Below, in pieces: positions 26,454 through 36,395 of a stretch of DNA of 64,000 nt. Below the pieces are notes generated by a model, which saw only the letters and a list, made by a program, of their open reading frames with translations, did not search any database and was not told the DNA's origin. Source of the DNA: Clostridia bacterium (GTDB lineage: Bacteria; Bacillota; Clostridia; Oscillospirales; Acutalibacteraceae). The position numbers and the translations under genes are program-made. The DNA lies in the NCBI GenBank assembly GCA_017546665.1, contig JAFYSE010000035.1:5425-69424 (forward strand), in the 5' to 3' direction. The stretch's first letter is position 1. Every line of letters starts with the position of its first letter.

Positions 26454-27738
26454 GAATAATAAGAAAAACACAAAATGGACATTATCCTCATTATTAAATA
26501 ATAACAGATTTCTCCTGATTATCTCACTTGTTATTTCTTTTGTTTTATGGATTTGGGTTGCTATTGAGCAAAGCCCAGAGGTACAAAGAGTAATTAATAA
26601 TGTACCTGTTTCAATAAAATACGAAGATAGTGTGCCAGAAAAATTAGGTTTGCAGATTTTTGGTAAGTCAGACTACACTATTGATATAACTGTAACAGGC
26701 AAAAAGTACATAGTTTCATCTTTGAAACCTGAGGATTTTTCTGTAATTGCAAATACCAACAATGCAGATAGTAGTGGTAAAAAGAATTTAAAAATAACTG
26801 TTAAGGCTAAAGAAGAAAATTCTGATTTCTACATTACATCCTATTCGGATAGTGAAATTGAAGTGTTTTTTGATAGATACAAGGAAGTTGAAATTCCTAT
26901 AAATGTAGATATTGAAACTAAGTTAGAAAATATAGTGCCTGAAAATCATAAAATTGGTGAAGCAGTTTCTTCAGTTAATACTTTAATTGTGAGTGGACCT
27001 GCCTCCATTATCAACCAGATTGATTCTATCAATGCTAATATTGCCGTTGATGATGTTTTAACACAAACCACTACTAAACAGGCAGCAATTGTTGCCTTGT
27101 CTAAGGAAAATACTGTTGTTGATACATCAATGATTGATTTTAGTGATAATAATGTAACGGTAACATTACCTGTTTTAAAAATTGTTACCTTACCAACAGT
27201 TGTTGAGTTTAAGAATATTCCGTCATATTATGCAAATCACACAATTTCATACAGTGTATATCCTTCATCTGTAACTGCAGCTGTTCCGGTTGATTTGGTT
27301 GATTCAACGAAAGCGTATGTTGTAGATACAATCGATTTTTCAGATATTTATAATAAGAAAAATACATATAATGTAAATTCGAATGAATCACAATCTGTTG
27401 AATTTTTAGATGACAATGTTTCGCGTTTTTCTGTAACTGTTGATGCATCCTTCATGTCATCAAAAACAATAACTATTCCAAAAGAGAATATCAGTATTAA
27501 AAATAACAATAATGCATTTAATGTGGATTTGGATATTGATTCAGGAAAAACTGTAACAATAGTTGGAACAGCTGAAGTGCTTGACATTGTGATTGGTAGT
27601 GATTTCTATATTATTGTAGATACATCTGAATCAATAATTGACAGCAATACAAAGGTTTTAAATGGAAAGGTGACCTCTCCTGCAAATAAACAGTGTTGGG
27701 CTGTTGGTGATTGTGATATAAAAGTTTCCGTAAAATAA
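26446..27738 (+). CDS. cdaR: CdaR (YbbR-domain regulator of CdaA)
   Basis: An N-terminal anchor followed by repeated YbbR-like beta-rich domains. It overlaps the cdaA stop by 8 nt, which is the canonical cdaA-cdaR arrangement. Confidence 0.8.
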   Translation: MNKNNKKNTKWTLSSLLNNNRFLLIISLVISFVLWIWVAIEQSPEVQRVINNVPVSIKYEDSVPEKLGLQIFGKSDYTIDITVTGKKYIVSSLKPEDFSVIANTNNADSSGKKNLKITVKAKEENSDFYITSYSDSEIEVFFDRYKEVEIPINVDIETKLENIVPENHKIGEAVSSVNTLIVSGPASIINQIDSINANIAVDDVLTQTTTKQAAIVALSKENTVVDTSMIDFSDNNVTVTLPVLKIVTLPTVVEFKNIPSYYANHTISYSVYPSSVTAAVPVDLVDSTKAYVVDTIDFSDIYNKKNTYNVNSNESQSVEFLDDNVSRFSVTVDASFMSSKTITIPKENISIKNNNNAFNVDLDIDSGKTVTIVGTAEVLDIVIGSDFYIIVDTSESIIDSNTKVLNGKVTSPANKQCWAVGDCDIKVSVK

Positions 27739-27762
27739 CTAACATTTAAGGAGTGACAGATT

Positions 27763-29136
27763 ATGAAAAGAATTTTGATTTCAGTTGTCTTTGTAATTAT
27801 TTGTCTGTCGCTTGCTGTTGCTTTTTTTAATATTTCTTCTTTTGAAAGCTTATTGCGACCACCAAGATTAAGTGGTGACAATAGTTTGTTACAACATGCT
27901 TTTGAAAAAACGGTTTCTAATAGTGATGGGATTATAATGAAAAATCCCCTTGCAGGTGAACATACATCAACATATCTTTTCTTTGACATTAATAATGATG
28001 GTCAGGAAGAAGCATTTGTCTTTTATTCAGACTTATCTGAAGATAATTTAGCGTGTGTAAGTATATTTAAAAAAGTTAAAAACAATTGGTCATTTGTCTC
28101 TAAAATAAAAAGTAGAAGTGATGAAATCTACGAAGTAAACTTCGCAGACATTAATGGTGATGAGAACTACGAAATTCTGTTGAGTAGCAAAAATACCGAT
28201 GATATTCAACTTGTCAGTAATTCTGATTTCACTTCATTCGGTAATAAACTTCTTTCTGTTTATAGTTTTGGTGATGCATCAACGACCTTATTAAAAACTG
28301 AAATTTATTCAAGTTTAAATATTTGTGATTTAAACAATGATAATGCTGATGATTTATTTTTACTTAATATAAATCTTTCCGACCTTGAGAAGAAGACTAC
28401 GGGCAGAATTTTAAGTTTTAGAGAGGATTATTCTGTTCAGCAAGACATTAGTGTTTTATTGACGGGTATGTTGGATGTTTATAATATGGTTACAGACACT
28501 TATGTTAGTAATGATGTTATACATACTCGACTTTATATTGATGGTGCAATTAGTGAACGTGGAGTTATTACTGAGGTTTTAGATGTTTCTCATGATGATT
28601 TCCAGGTTACTCTTCCTCTATATGAAAATAATCAGTCTAGCCAACCTACCACGCTAAGAGATGCTAAAAGCATTTCAAGAGATTTTGATGGTGATAACAT
28701 AATTGAAATACCAACCTTTGAAATATTTCCATATGCCGAAAATATTTTAAAAGGCTCAAGTGACAGAAATTCGTTCAATATAACTGTATGGAATGAACTG
28801 GATGGAAAAAATATTCTTACTGATAAAAAGTGTGTCCAAAATAGTTCTTATAAGTATTTTCTTATAATTGATGATGCTTGGTTAAATGAAATATCATTTA
28901 TATATGATTCAAATAATCAGACAATGACTTTTTACTACATTGATTCAAATGGAACTTTTGATAAAGAGATTTTTTCTATTCGAACATTTTCTTCACCTGA
29001 ATGGTCGAAAAGTGATTCTGGATATTCACAAATAAAAGAAACTTCTTCATATGTTTATGCAGTAAAATATAATAATGAAGATGAAGAAACAAAGTTTGAA
29101 GATTACATTGAACAGAGTTTTCACGTTTATAGTTAG
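27763..29136 (+). CDS. Membrane-anchored hypothetical protein with four DxNxDxxxE (FG-GAP/VCBS-like) motifs
   Basis: The N-terminal TM is ILISVVFVIICLSLAVAFF. The motifs are DINNDGQEEAFVF, DINGDENYEILL, DLNNDNADDLFLL and DFDGDNIIEIP. I recognise no family beyond that. Confidence 0.6.
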   Translation: MKRILISVVFVIICLSLAVAFFNISSFESLLRPPRLSGDNSLLQHAFEKTVSNSDGIIMKNPLAGEHTSTYLFFDINNDGQEEAFVFYSDLSEDNLACVSIFKKVKNNWSFVSKIKSRSDEIYEVNFADINGDENYEILLSSKNTDDIQLVSNSDFTSFGNKLLSVYSFGDASTTLLKTEIYSSLNICDLNNDNADDLFLLNINLSDLEKKTTGRILSFREDYSVQQDISVLLTGMLDVYNMVTDTYVSNDVIHTRLYIDGAISERGVITEVLDVSHDDFQVTLPLYENNQSSQPTTLRDAKSISRDFDGDNIIEIPTFEIFPYAENILKGSSDRNSFNITVWNELDGKNILTDKKCVQNSSYKYFLIIDDAWLNEISFIYDSNNQTMTFYYIDSNGTFDKEIFSIRTFSSPEWSKSDSGYSQIKETSSYVYAVKYNNEDEETKFEDYIEQSFHVYS

Positions 29137-29147
29137 GGGACAAAAAC

Positions 29148-29852
29148 ATGAAATATGTACTTATAGCTGAAGATGAATCATCAATCAGGGATTTTGTTGT
29201 AATAAATCTTAAACGAAATGGATATGAAGTTATAGAGGCAACAAATGGCGAAGAAGCGATAAAAAGATTTGATGAAAATATCGATAAAATAGATATTGTT
29301 ATTCTAGACATTATGATGCCGTATGTTGATGGATTGGAAGTTTGTAAATATATACGAGAAAAAAGTAAGCGTATTGGCATTATTATGTTGACAGCACGAA
29401 CACAGGAAATGGACAAAGTTACAGGTTTAATGGTTGGTGCTGATGATTATGTTACAAAACCATTTTCTCCGTCCGAGCTTATGGCGAGAATTGATGCGGT
29501 ATATCGTCGAGTTTCATTAACTACAGAAAATGATATAGAAAAGAGTAATAGCAATATTCTTTCTTTAAATGAATTTGTATTAGATTTAAGAAGTCACACA
29601 TTAACAAAAAATGGCGTAAATATTGATTTAACACAAATGGAGTTTCAAATTATTGAGTACTTTTTCACCAACCCTAATGTAGCACTTGATAGAAATGATA
29701 TTCTTAAATTTGTTTGGGGCGATTCATATTATGGTGATGAAAAAGTAGTTGACGTTAACATCCATCGTTTAAGAAATAAGGTTGAGGATGAGCCATCTCA
29801 ACCTAAGCACTTAATAACTGTTTGGGGTATGGGCTATAAATGGGTTATATAA
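29148..29852 (+). CDS. OmpR-family response regulator
   Basis: The receiver domain has DESS...DIVILDIMMP...K. The C-terminal winged-helix domain has VDVNIHRLRNK...TVWGMGYKW. Confidence 0.92.
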   Translation: MKYVLIAEDESSIRDFVVINLKRNGYEVIEATNGEEAIKRFDENIDKIDIVILDIMMPYVDGLEVCKYIREKSKRIGIIMLTARTQEMDKVTGLMVGADDYVTKPFSPSELMARIDAVYRRVSLTTENDIEKSNSNILSLNEFVLDLRSHTLTKNGVNIDLTQMEFQIIEYFFTNPNVALDRNDILKFVWGDSYYGDEKVVDVNIHRLRNKVEDEPSQPKHLITVWGMGYKWVI

Positions 29853-29878
29853 ATTGATTTGGTAGGTGACATTGTACA

Positions 29879-31282
29879 ATGAAAAACAGCATAGTAAAAC
29901 GTTGGGCAATGTCCGTTTTAGCAAGTACGATTTCTGTAATATTACTTGTCGGTGTTTTAGTTGGCATTATGCTAAAAAAGCAGTATTATGAATCTGTCAG
30001 TATGACTCTTAATTCTCGTGCAACATCTCTCGTTATGTCTTATTTTAACTCATCTACTCCGATAGATAGTGATAACTTTAACATAATGGCAAAACGTTTT
30101 GTTGACAATTTTACAGATAAAAATGTAATGGAAGTTTGGGTTATAGACAAAAATGGCACTGTTGTTGTATCATCTACGGGGTTTTCTGTTGAAAATGAAG
30201 TATTTCCGGATTTCGATTATGCTAAATCATCTTCAACTGGTAAGGCCGAATGGATTGGGAAAATGCAAAATGGCGAAAAGGTTATGGCGTTGTCTTATAT
30301 TATCCCGGATGGTGAACAATCAATTTCTGGTGCAATAAGATATATAATTTCTCTTGATGATATTGACAGACAAATACTTATAATATGGTCAATTATTGCA
30401 TTTATCATTATTTTAATAGTTATCATTGTTGTAACATCCGGAATGTTTTTTATCAATTCAATCATAAACCCTGTTAGAAAAATTAATGATACTGCATCAA
30501 AAATTGCAAAAGGTGATTTTAATGTTTCTATCGAGAAACATAAATATGATGATGAGATTGGGCAACTATGTGAAACTATAAATAATATGGCATTTGAGAT
30601 TGGTGAAGCCGAAAGAATAAAAAATGAATTCATTTCAACGGTTTCACATGAATTAAGAACTCCGCTAACTGCTATAAAGGGTTGGGGTGAGACTATTAAA
30701 GAAACACAAAATGATGAAGTTCTTTTAAATAAGGGACTTGATGTTATTGTCAATGAATCTGAGCGCTTGACAGATATGGTTGAAGATTTGTTGGATTTCT
30801 CGCGAATGGAAAGCGGAAAATTATCATTAAAAACATCTCAGATTGACGTTGTTAAAGAGTTATCGGAAGTTCTTGAGGTTTTTGTGAGTCGTTCTGAAAG
30901 AGAAGGCATTCTTCTACAAACCTTCATTCCTAAAAGCAGTATAATAATATATGGAGATAAGAACAGATTAAAACAATCGTTTGTTAATATTATTGACAAT
31001 AGTTTTAAATACAATAAAAAAGGTGGAACGGTTAAAGTTTCTCTAAATGTCGATAATAAATACGTTAAAGTTGTAATATCTGACGATGGATGCGGTATAT
31101 CAAAAAATGACCTTCCTAAAGTTAGGGAAAAATTTTACAAAGCAAATAATAGTGTTCGTGGTAGTGGCATTGGTCTTGCTGTCACGGATGAGATAATAAA
31201 GCTGCATAATGGTAATATGCAAATTGAAAGCGAACTTGGTAAGGGAACGACCGTAATGATTTACTTACCAAGAAGAAAATAA
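29879..31282 (+). CDS. Sensor histidine kinase (two TM segments, extracytoplasmic domain, HAMP, HisKA, HATPase_c)
   Basis: The H-box is FISTVSHELRTPLTAIKGW. The N-box and G-boxes include DDGCGI and GSGIGLAV. Confidence 0.92.
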   Translation: MKNSIVKRWAMSVLASTISVILLVGVLVGIMLKKQYYESVSMTLNSRATSLVMSYFNSSTPIDSDNFNIMAKRFVDNFTDKNVMEVWVIDKNGTVVVSSTGFSVENEVFPDFDYAKSSSTGKAEWIGKMQNGEKVMALSYIIPDGEQSISGAIRYIISLDDIDRQILIIWSIIAFIIILIVIIVVTSGMFFINSIINPVRKINDTASKIAKGDFNVSIEKHKYDDEIGQLCETINNMAFEIGEAERIKNEFISTVSHELRTPLTAIKGWGETIKETQNDEVLLNKGLDVIVNESERLTDMVEDLLDFSRMESGKLSLKTSQIDVVKELSEVLEVFVSRSEREGILLQTFIPKSSIIIYGDKNRLKQSFVNIIDNSFKYNKKGGTVKVSLNVDNKYVKVVISDDGCGISKNDLPKVREKFYKANNSVRGSGIGLAVTDEIIKLHNGNMQIESELGKGTTVMIYLPRRK

Positions 31283-31295
31283 GGAGTAAATTAAC

Positions 31296-32273
31296 TTGAA
31301 TAATAAAAAACATAAGACATCAATTGGTGGACAGGCTTTAATTGAAGGTATAATGATGAGAGGACCAAAAGGTTCTGCTATGTCTGTTCGTCTTCCTGAC
31401 GGAACCATAGATACAGAAATTGAAGATTTTTCACCTATTGCAAAAAAACATAAAGTGTTAGGGTTGCCACTTATTCGTGGTGTAGTAGGCTTTGCGGAAT
31501 CAATGATAACAGGATACAAATATCTTATGAAATCAGCTGATAAGGCATTGACAGAGGAAGAAAAAGAAGAGGATATGTCAAAAATTGACAAATGGCTTTC
31601 AGAACATTTAAGTGAGAAGATGACAACTGTTATTACTTCAATAGCATCTGTTATTGGTGTAGTTTTTGCTATGTTAATCTTTCTTTATGTTCCAATAGAA
31701 GTAGTCGATTTATTTGACAACTATGTTTTGACTACTGTTGATTTTTCAAAGTATCATTCATTGTTTGAAGGAATTTTGAGAATTATTATTTTCATTTTAT
31801 ATATAGTTGCCGTATCAAGGATGTCAATGATTAGAAGGGTGTTTATGTATCATGGTGCCGAGCATAAAACAATTTTCTGTTATGAGAATGGATTGGAATT
31901 AACTGTAGAAAATGTTAAAAATATGTCTCGTTTACATCCAAGATGCGGTACGGCATTTATGTTTGTAATGTTGTTTTTGAGTATGATTATTTCTTTTTCA
32001 TTAGTACTCATTTTTCCTGCATTAGCATCAATTAATAAATTTCTTTGGATGATAATCAAGATTGCTATTTTACCAATAATAATGGGTATCGGATATGAAT
32101 TTATTAAGTTCGCAGGTAAACACGATAACTTTATCGTTAAGATTCTTTCATATCCTGGTCTTTTAATGCAGAAAATTACAACGGTTGAGCCGACTGACGA
32201 TATTATTGAGGTTGCTATTGAAGCAATGAAAGCGGTTATAACTGATAATCCAGAGGATGATATGATTAAATGA
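31296..32273 (+). CDS. DUF1385 membrane protein (YqhQ-like)
   Basis: IGGQALIEGIMMRGP and HGAEHK motifs. TTG start after AAGGAG. This family is commonly adjacent to prmC. Confidence 0.8.
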   Translation: MNNKKHKTSIGGQALIEGIMMRGPKGSAMSVRLPDGTIDTEIEDFSPIAKKHKVLGLPLIRGVVGFAESMITGYKYLMKSADKALTEEEKEEDMSKIDKWLSEHLSEKMTTVITSIASVIGVVFAMLIFLYVPIEVVDLFDNYVLTTVDFSKYHSLFEGILRIIIFILYIVAVSRMSMIRRVFMYHGAEHKTIFCYENGLELTVENVKNMSRLHPRCGTAFMFVMLFLSMIISFSLVLIFPALASINKFLWMIIKIAILPIIMGIGYEFIKFAGKHDNFIVKILSYPGLLMQKITTVEPTDDIIEVAIEAMKAVITDNPEDDMIK

Positions 32274-33100
32274 CAATAAAAGAAATGTTTACATATTGCA
32301 GCAATCAACTGTCTTTTGGTGATTGCGGTAATTTTGAAGCTCAATGTATTTTTGAAGATATTCTCAAAATAAAAAAAGAAAAGATACATTGCGATGATTC
32401 TATTGCGTCATGTGAAGATGTTCAGATTATTGAAAATATTATAAAAAGAAGAAAAATGGGAGAACCACTACAGTATATTTTAGGAAAATGGGATTTTTAT
32501 GACTTGACTTTTTTAGTTGGTAAAGGTGTTTTAATCCCTAGACCTGAAACAGAATTTCTTGTTGATATCGCATTAGATTATTTAAAACAAAAAGATGGAG
32601 CAATTATTTACGATTTATGTGCGGGAACTGGCTGTATCGGACTCACTATTGCACACCATTTACCACAAGTAACAGTTTATTTATTAGAGAAAGAAGATGC
32701 AGCATTTAATTATTTAAAGAAGAATGCCGAGTATCTTAAACTTAATAATGTTCAACTTTTAAAAGATGATTTATTTACAATTGATTTAAGTAATTTACCT
32801 TTAGCAGATATAATTATTTCTAATCCACCATATATTCCTACTTTCGAAATATCTGATTTACAAAAAGAAGTTTTGTCCGAACCCATTTCGGCATTGGATG
32901 GTGGAGATGATGGCTTAAATTTTTATAGATGTCTTGCATCAAGGTGGGTTAGTAAAGTAAGAACTGATGGTATAATGGCATTTGAATGTGGAGACGGTCA
33001 AAGTCAAGATATTGTTAATATTTTTGATGGAATATATAAAGAGAAAAATATAACTTTTGATTTCAACAATATTGACAGAATTGTAACATTTAGAATATAA
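32270..33100 (+). CDS. prmC: Release-factor glutamine N5-methyltransferase
   Basis: The LIPRPETE, DLCAGTGCIG and ISNPPYI (NPPY) motifs. Confidence 0.9.
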   Translation: MTIKEMFTYCSNQLSFGDCGNFEAQCIFEDILKIKKEKIHCDDSIASCEDVQIIENIIKRRKMGEPLQYILGKWDFYDLTFLVGKGVLIPRPETEFLVDIALDYLKQKDGAIIYDLCAGTGCIGLTIAHHLPQVTVYLLEKEDAAFNYLKKNAEYLKLNNVQLLKDDLFTIDLSNLPLADIIISNPPYIPTFEISDLQKEVLSEPISALDGGDDGLNFYRCLASRWVSKVRTDGIMAFECGDGQSQDIVNIFDGIYKEKNITFDFNNIDRIVTFRI

Positions 33101-33129
33101 TAATAATTTAGAGAAAGTAGTGTGAATCT

Positions 33130-33804
33130 ATGATTTTAGATTTAATTAGAGGTGGAGATTTTTTCCAGTTAATTATTACTTTTCTTTCACGAATTTTTGT
33201 TGTTATGTGCACAATGCCTGTTCATGAGTATGCACACGCATTGATTGCCACTAAACTTGGTGATAATACGCCAAAATATAATGGTAGATTAACGTTAAAT
33301 CCATTGGCTCATATTTCGCCTATGGGTGCTATTATGATTTTTCTTTGTGGATTTGGATATGCAAAGCCTGTTAATGTTAATCCGCGTAATTTTAAAGACC
33401 CTAAAAAAGGAATGGCACTTACAGCTATTGCAGGACCAATATCTAATTTGATTATGGGTTTTATTGCTATTTTTATTTCTACAATATTTGCAGTAATATA
33501 TAACAATAATCCGACAACACTTTTTCTTGCAATATACTATTTTATGTATTTTGCAGGCGTAGTTAATGTTAATCTTGCCGTTTTTAATCTTTTACCGATA
33601 CCACCATTGGATGGGTCAAGAATTTTACAGCTTCTTATTCCCGCAAAGTATTATTTTATATTTATGCAATATGAAAGATATGTTGTACTTATTGTTTTTA
33701 TACTGATTTTAAGTGGGGTTCTTTCAAGACCTATTTCGATTATTTCAAATATTATCATTGGTTTATTTACTAACATTTCAAGAGTACCATTTATTTTAAT
33801 TTAA
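33130..33804 (+). CDS. Site-2 protease family (peptidase M50) membrane protein
   Basis: HEYAHAL zinc motif and NLLPIPPLDG motif in a polytopic membrane protein. Confidence 0.85.
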   Translation: MILDLIRGGDFFQLIITFLSRIFVVMCTMPVHEYAHALIATKLGDNTPKYNGRLTLNPLAHISPMGAIMIFLCGFGYAKPVNVNPRNFKDPKKGMALTAIAGPISNLIMGFIAIFISTIFAVIYNNNPTTLFLAIYYFMYFAGVVNVNLAVFNLLPIPPLDGSRILQLLIPAKYYFIFMQYERYVVLIVFILILSGVLSRPISIISNIIIGLFTNISRVPFILI

Positions 33805-33812
33805 GGATATTT

Positions 33813-34550
33813 ATGGAAAAGATTTCTTACAAATTGGATGTTTTTGAGGGTCCAATGGACTTGCTCTTACATCTTATATCAAAACATAAATTGAATATTA
33901 ATGATATTCCAATTGTTACATTAGTTGAGCAGTATGTTGAATATGTTCGTCAAATGCAAGAGGAAGATATGTATGTAGCCTCTGAATTCCTTGAGATGGC
34001 TGCAAGATTGGTTTATTTAAAATCTGTTTCACTTCTTCCTGTTTATACTGAAGCAGAAGAACTTAAACAAGAACTTCAAGGCGAATTAATTGAATATCGT
34101 GATATGAAATTAATAGCTGAAAAACTTGCGGAAAATACAGATGGTTTCTCTACATTTATTAGAAATGCTGAAAAAATTGAGGTTGACCAAACATATAAGA
34201 GGTTTCATGAGCCACAGGAGCTTTTTTCTGCTTATGTATCTGCAACGGGAAAGAAAATGAGGTTGTTACCACCACCAATTGAGGCTTTTCGTGAAATTGT
34301 TGTTAAAAAGGTTGTTTCTGTAAGTTCAAAGATTTCTAAAATTTTCAAGAAATTGGCATTGAAAGGGAAGAAAACAAAGTGGAAAACTCTTTTTGATGAT
34401 GCTGAATCTCGTTCTGATATAGTTGCAACATTTTTAGCAGTTCTTGAATTGACAAAGTCAAAAAAAGTTATAGTTACCGGTGATGGTGACGAGACGCAAG
34501 TTGAATTAATAAATTCTGATTTTACAGATGTTAGTGAGGAGTGGAATTGA
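33813..34550 (+). CDS. scpA: Segregation and condensation protein A
   Basis: FEGPMDLLLHLI...KLNINDIPI is the ScpA N-terminal signature. It is followed by scpB. Confidence 0.92.
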   Translation: MEKISYKLDVFEGPMDLLLHLISKHKLNINDIPIVTLVEQYVEYVRQMQEEDMYVASEFLEMAARLVYLKSVSLLPVYTEAEELKQELQGELIEYRDMKLIAEKLAENTDGFSTFIRNAEKIEVDQTYKRFHEPQELFSAYVSATGKKMRLLPPPIEAFREIVVKKVVSVSSKISKIFKKLALKGKKTKWKTLFDDAESRSDIVATFLAVLELTKSKKVIVTGDGDETQVELINSDFTDVSEEWN

Positions 34551-35125
34551 TGAAGGCAAGTAAATTACAAGCTGCCATTGAAGCAATACTTTTTGCGTCA
34601 GGTGAGCCTATTGAACTTGAAAGAATCGCAGAAGCTCTTGAAATTGAACCGGATGTATGTGAACAGATAATTTTAAATTTATCTGCCAAATTGGATGAAA
34701 GAAATAGTGGCATTTGTGTTCTTAAACTTGACAATATGTATCAGCTTTCCTCTCGTACAGAATATGCTGAAATTATAAGGGATGTTTTAGAGTTGAGAAA
34801 AAACACTCCATTATCATCAGCCGCATTTGAAGTTTTAGCTGTTATTGCTTATAATCAACCTGTGACGAAGTCTTTTATTGAACAGGTGCGTGGAGTGGAT
34901 TGTAGTGGTGTAATTTCAACACTATGTCAAAAGAAACTTATTGAAGAAAAGGGAAGACTTGACCTTCCCGGAAGACCACTTGTTTACGGTACAACTCCAG
35001 ATTTTCTACGTTGTTTTTCACTCTCATCACTTGATGATTTACCTGAACTTCCTGAGAAGGAAGAAATAATAAACGAGAATAATGAAAATGATAACATTTT
35101 AAACACTGTTGTAATAGATGATTAA
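34541..35125 (+). CDS. scpB: Segregation and condensation protein B
   Basis: AAIEAILFASGEP and AYNQPVTKSFIEQVRGVD motifs. It overlaps scpA by 10 nt. Confidence 0.92.
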   Translation: MELMKASKLQAAIEAILFASGEPIELERIAEALEIEPDVCEQIILNLSAKLDERNSGICVLKLDNMYQLSSRTEYAEIIRDVLELRKNTPLSSAAFEVLAVIAYNQPVTKSFIEQVRGVDCSGVISTLCQKKLIEEKGRLDLPGRPLVYGTTPDFLRCFSLSSLDDLPELPEKEEIINENNENDNILNTVVIDD

Positions 35126-35161
35126 ATCAATCTATGTTATCTTATTTAAGGAGGTGTTACA

Positions 35162-35905
35162 TTGACCGGATTATATATTTGTATTGGTATAATCGCTTTT
35201 TTTGTGTTGATTCTTAGTGTTAGAATTACAATCAATGCTGAATATTTTGATGAATTCAAATTAAATATATCATGGTTGTTTATTAAAATTCCAATTTTGC
35301 CTGCTAAAAAAAGTGATAAACCTAAAAAGGAGAAAGTAAAAAAAGAAAAAAATCCAAAGGAAGAAAAAAAAGATTCCTTATCTGAGTCAGAAGAAGCACC
35401 TACTGAAAAAAAAGAAAATATTTTTGTTAAATTCTATAATAACCAAGGATTTGACGGAGTAGTGCAGTTGATTAATAATGCTACTTACTCACTTGGTAAG
35501 ATGTTTAGTTCTTTTAAAAAACACATTGTAATTCGTGAGTTGTATCTATTTATGACAATTACAGGTTGTTGTGATGCTGCAGAAACTGCATTGGAATATG
35601 GAAGAATGTGTAAAAAGGTATTTCCGGCATTATCATATATCTGTTCTCAACTACCAGTAAAGAAATATGATTGTGAGATAGAACCAGATTTTATTGGACT
35701 AAAAAACAGTGCTGAATTTGCTGTCTCTATACATATTAGACCGATTTTCTTTTTAAATGCTATTATTGTTTTAGTATTTAGACTTATATTTAAAGTTGTA
35801 TTAAAATTCCTTTTAGGAATTAAAAATAAATCAAATATAAATACTAATAAAAACGAAGGTGGTGCAAATGATGAAAGACAAATCATCAGCAGCAGGAATT
35901 CTTGA
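35162..35905 (+). CDS. DUF2953 (YtfI-like) sporulation-associated membrane protein
   Basis: An N-terminal TM, a lysine/glutamate-rich linker, and a position directly upstream of ytfJ as in other spore formers. TTG start after GGAGG. Confidence 0.6.
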   Translation: MTGLYICIGIIAFFVLILSVRITINAEYFDEFKLNISWLFIKIPILPAKKSDKPKKEKVKKEKNPKEEKKDSLSESEEAPTEKKENIFVKFYNNQGFDGVVQLINNATYSLGKMFSSFKKHIVIRELYLFMTITGCCDAAETALEYGRMCKKVFPALSYICSQLPVKKYDCEIEPDFIGLKNSAEFAVSIHIRPIFFLNAIIVLVFRLIFKVVLKFLLGIKNKSNINTNKNEGGANDERQIISSRNS

Positions 35906-36320
35906 ATCAACAATAGAAAAAGTTAAGGACTTAGTTAATGTAAGCACAATTATTGGCGAACCAATGAAGGTTGAAGGTGGAGTAACTATTATTCCAGTAT
36001 CAAAAGTTACTTATGGTTTTGCTTCAGGTGGTTCTGATTTCCCATCAAAAAATAATAAAGACATTTTTGGTGGCGGTGGTGGTGCCGGTGTTACAATTCT
36101 TCCTGTAGCATTTTTAATCATTGATGCTTATGGTAATGTTGATATTAAACATATTACAGCATTTGATAATGTTGCAGAAAGAGCAGTTAACCTTGTTCCT
36201 GAAATGTTTGATAAGGTTACAAACGTAATTAATAAAACTAAGATGGAAAAAGCATTTAATACTGCAGTAAACACTGTTAATGACGAGGTTGTTCCTGTTT
36301 CTGCAGAAGAAAACGAATAA
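35868..36320 (+). CDS. ytfJ: GerW/YtfJ family sporulation protein
   Basis: IIGEPMKVEGGVTIIPVSKVTYGFASGGSDF...GGGGGAGVTILPVAFL is the family signature. ATG 35868 follows AAGGTGG. Confidence 0.85.
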   Translation: MMKDKSSAAGILESTIEKVKDLVNVSTIIGEPMKVEGGVTIIPVSKVTYGFASGGSDFPSKNNKDIFGGGGGAGVTILPVAFLIIDAYGNVDIKHITAFDNVAERAVNLVPEMFDKVTNVINKTKMEKAFNTAVNTVNDEVVPVSAEENE

Positions 36321-36395
36321 TTCAATTTAAAAAAATCAACGTTGAGAGTGTATTTCTCTCGACGATGATTTTGTGTGTAATTTATAGGTGAAGTA

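Noticed and set aside
25757-26491. 244-aa minus-strand ORF antisense to cdaA.
   Set aside because: It is a shadow ORF opposite a strongly supported gene, with low-complexity S/I/L/F-rich translation and no SD. The same applies to 30295..30753, 31880..32389, 28976..29416, 23665..24069, 27606..27989 and 1983..2387.
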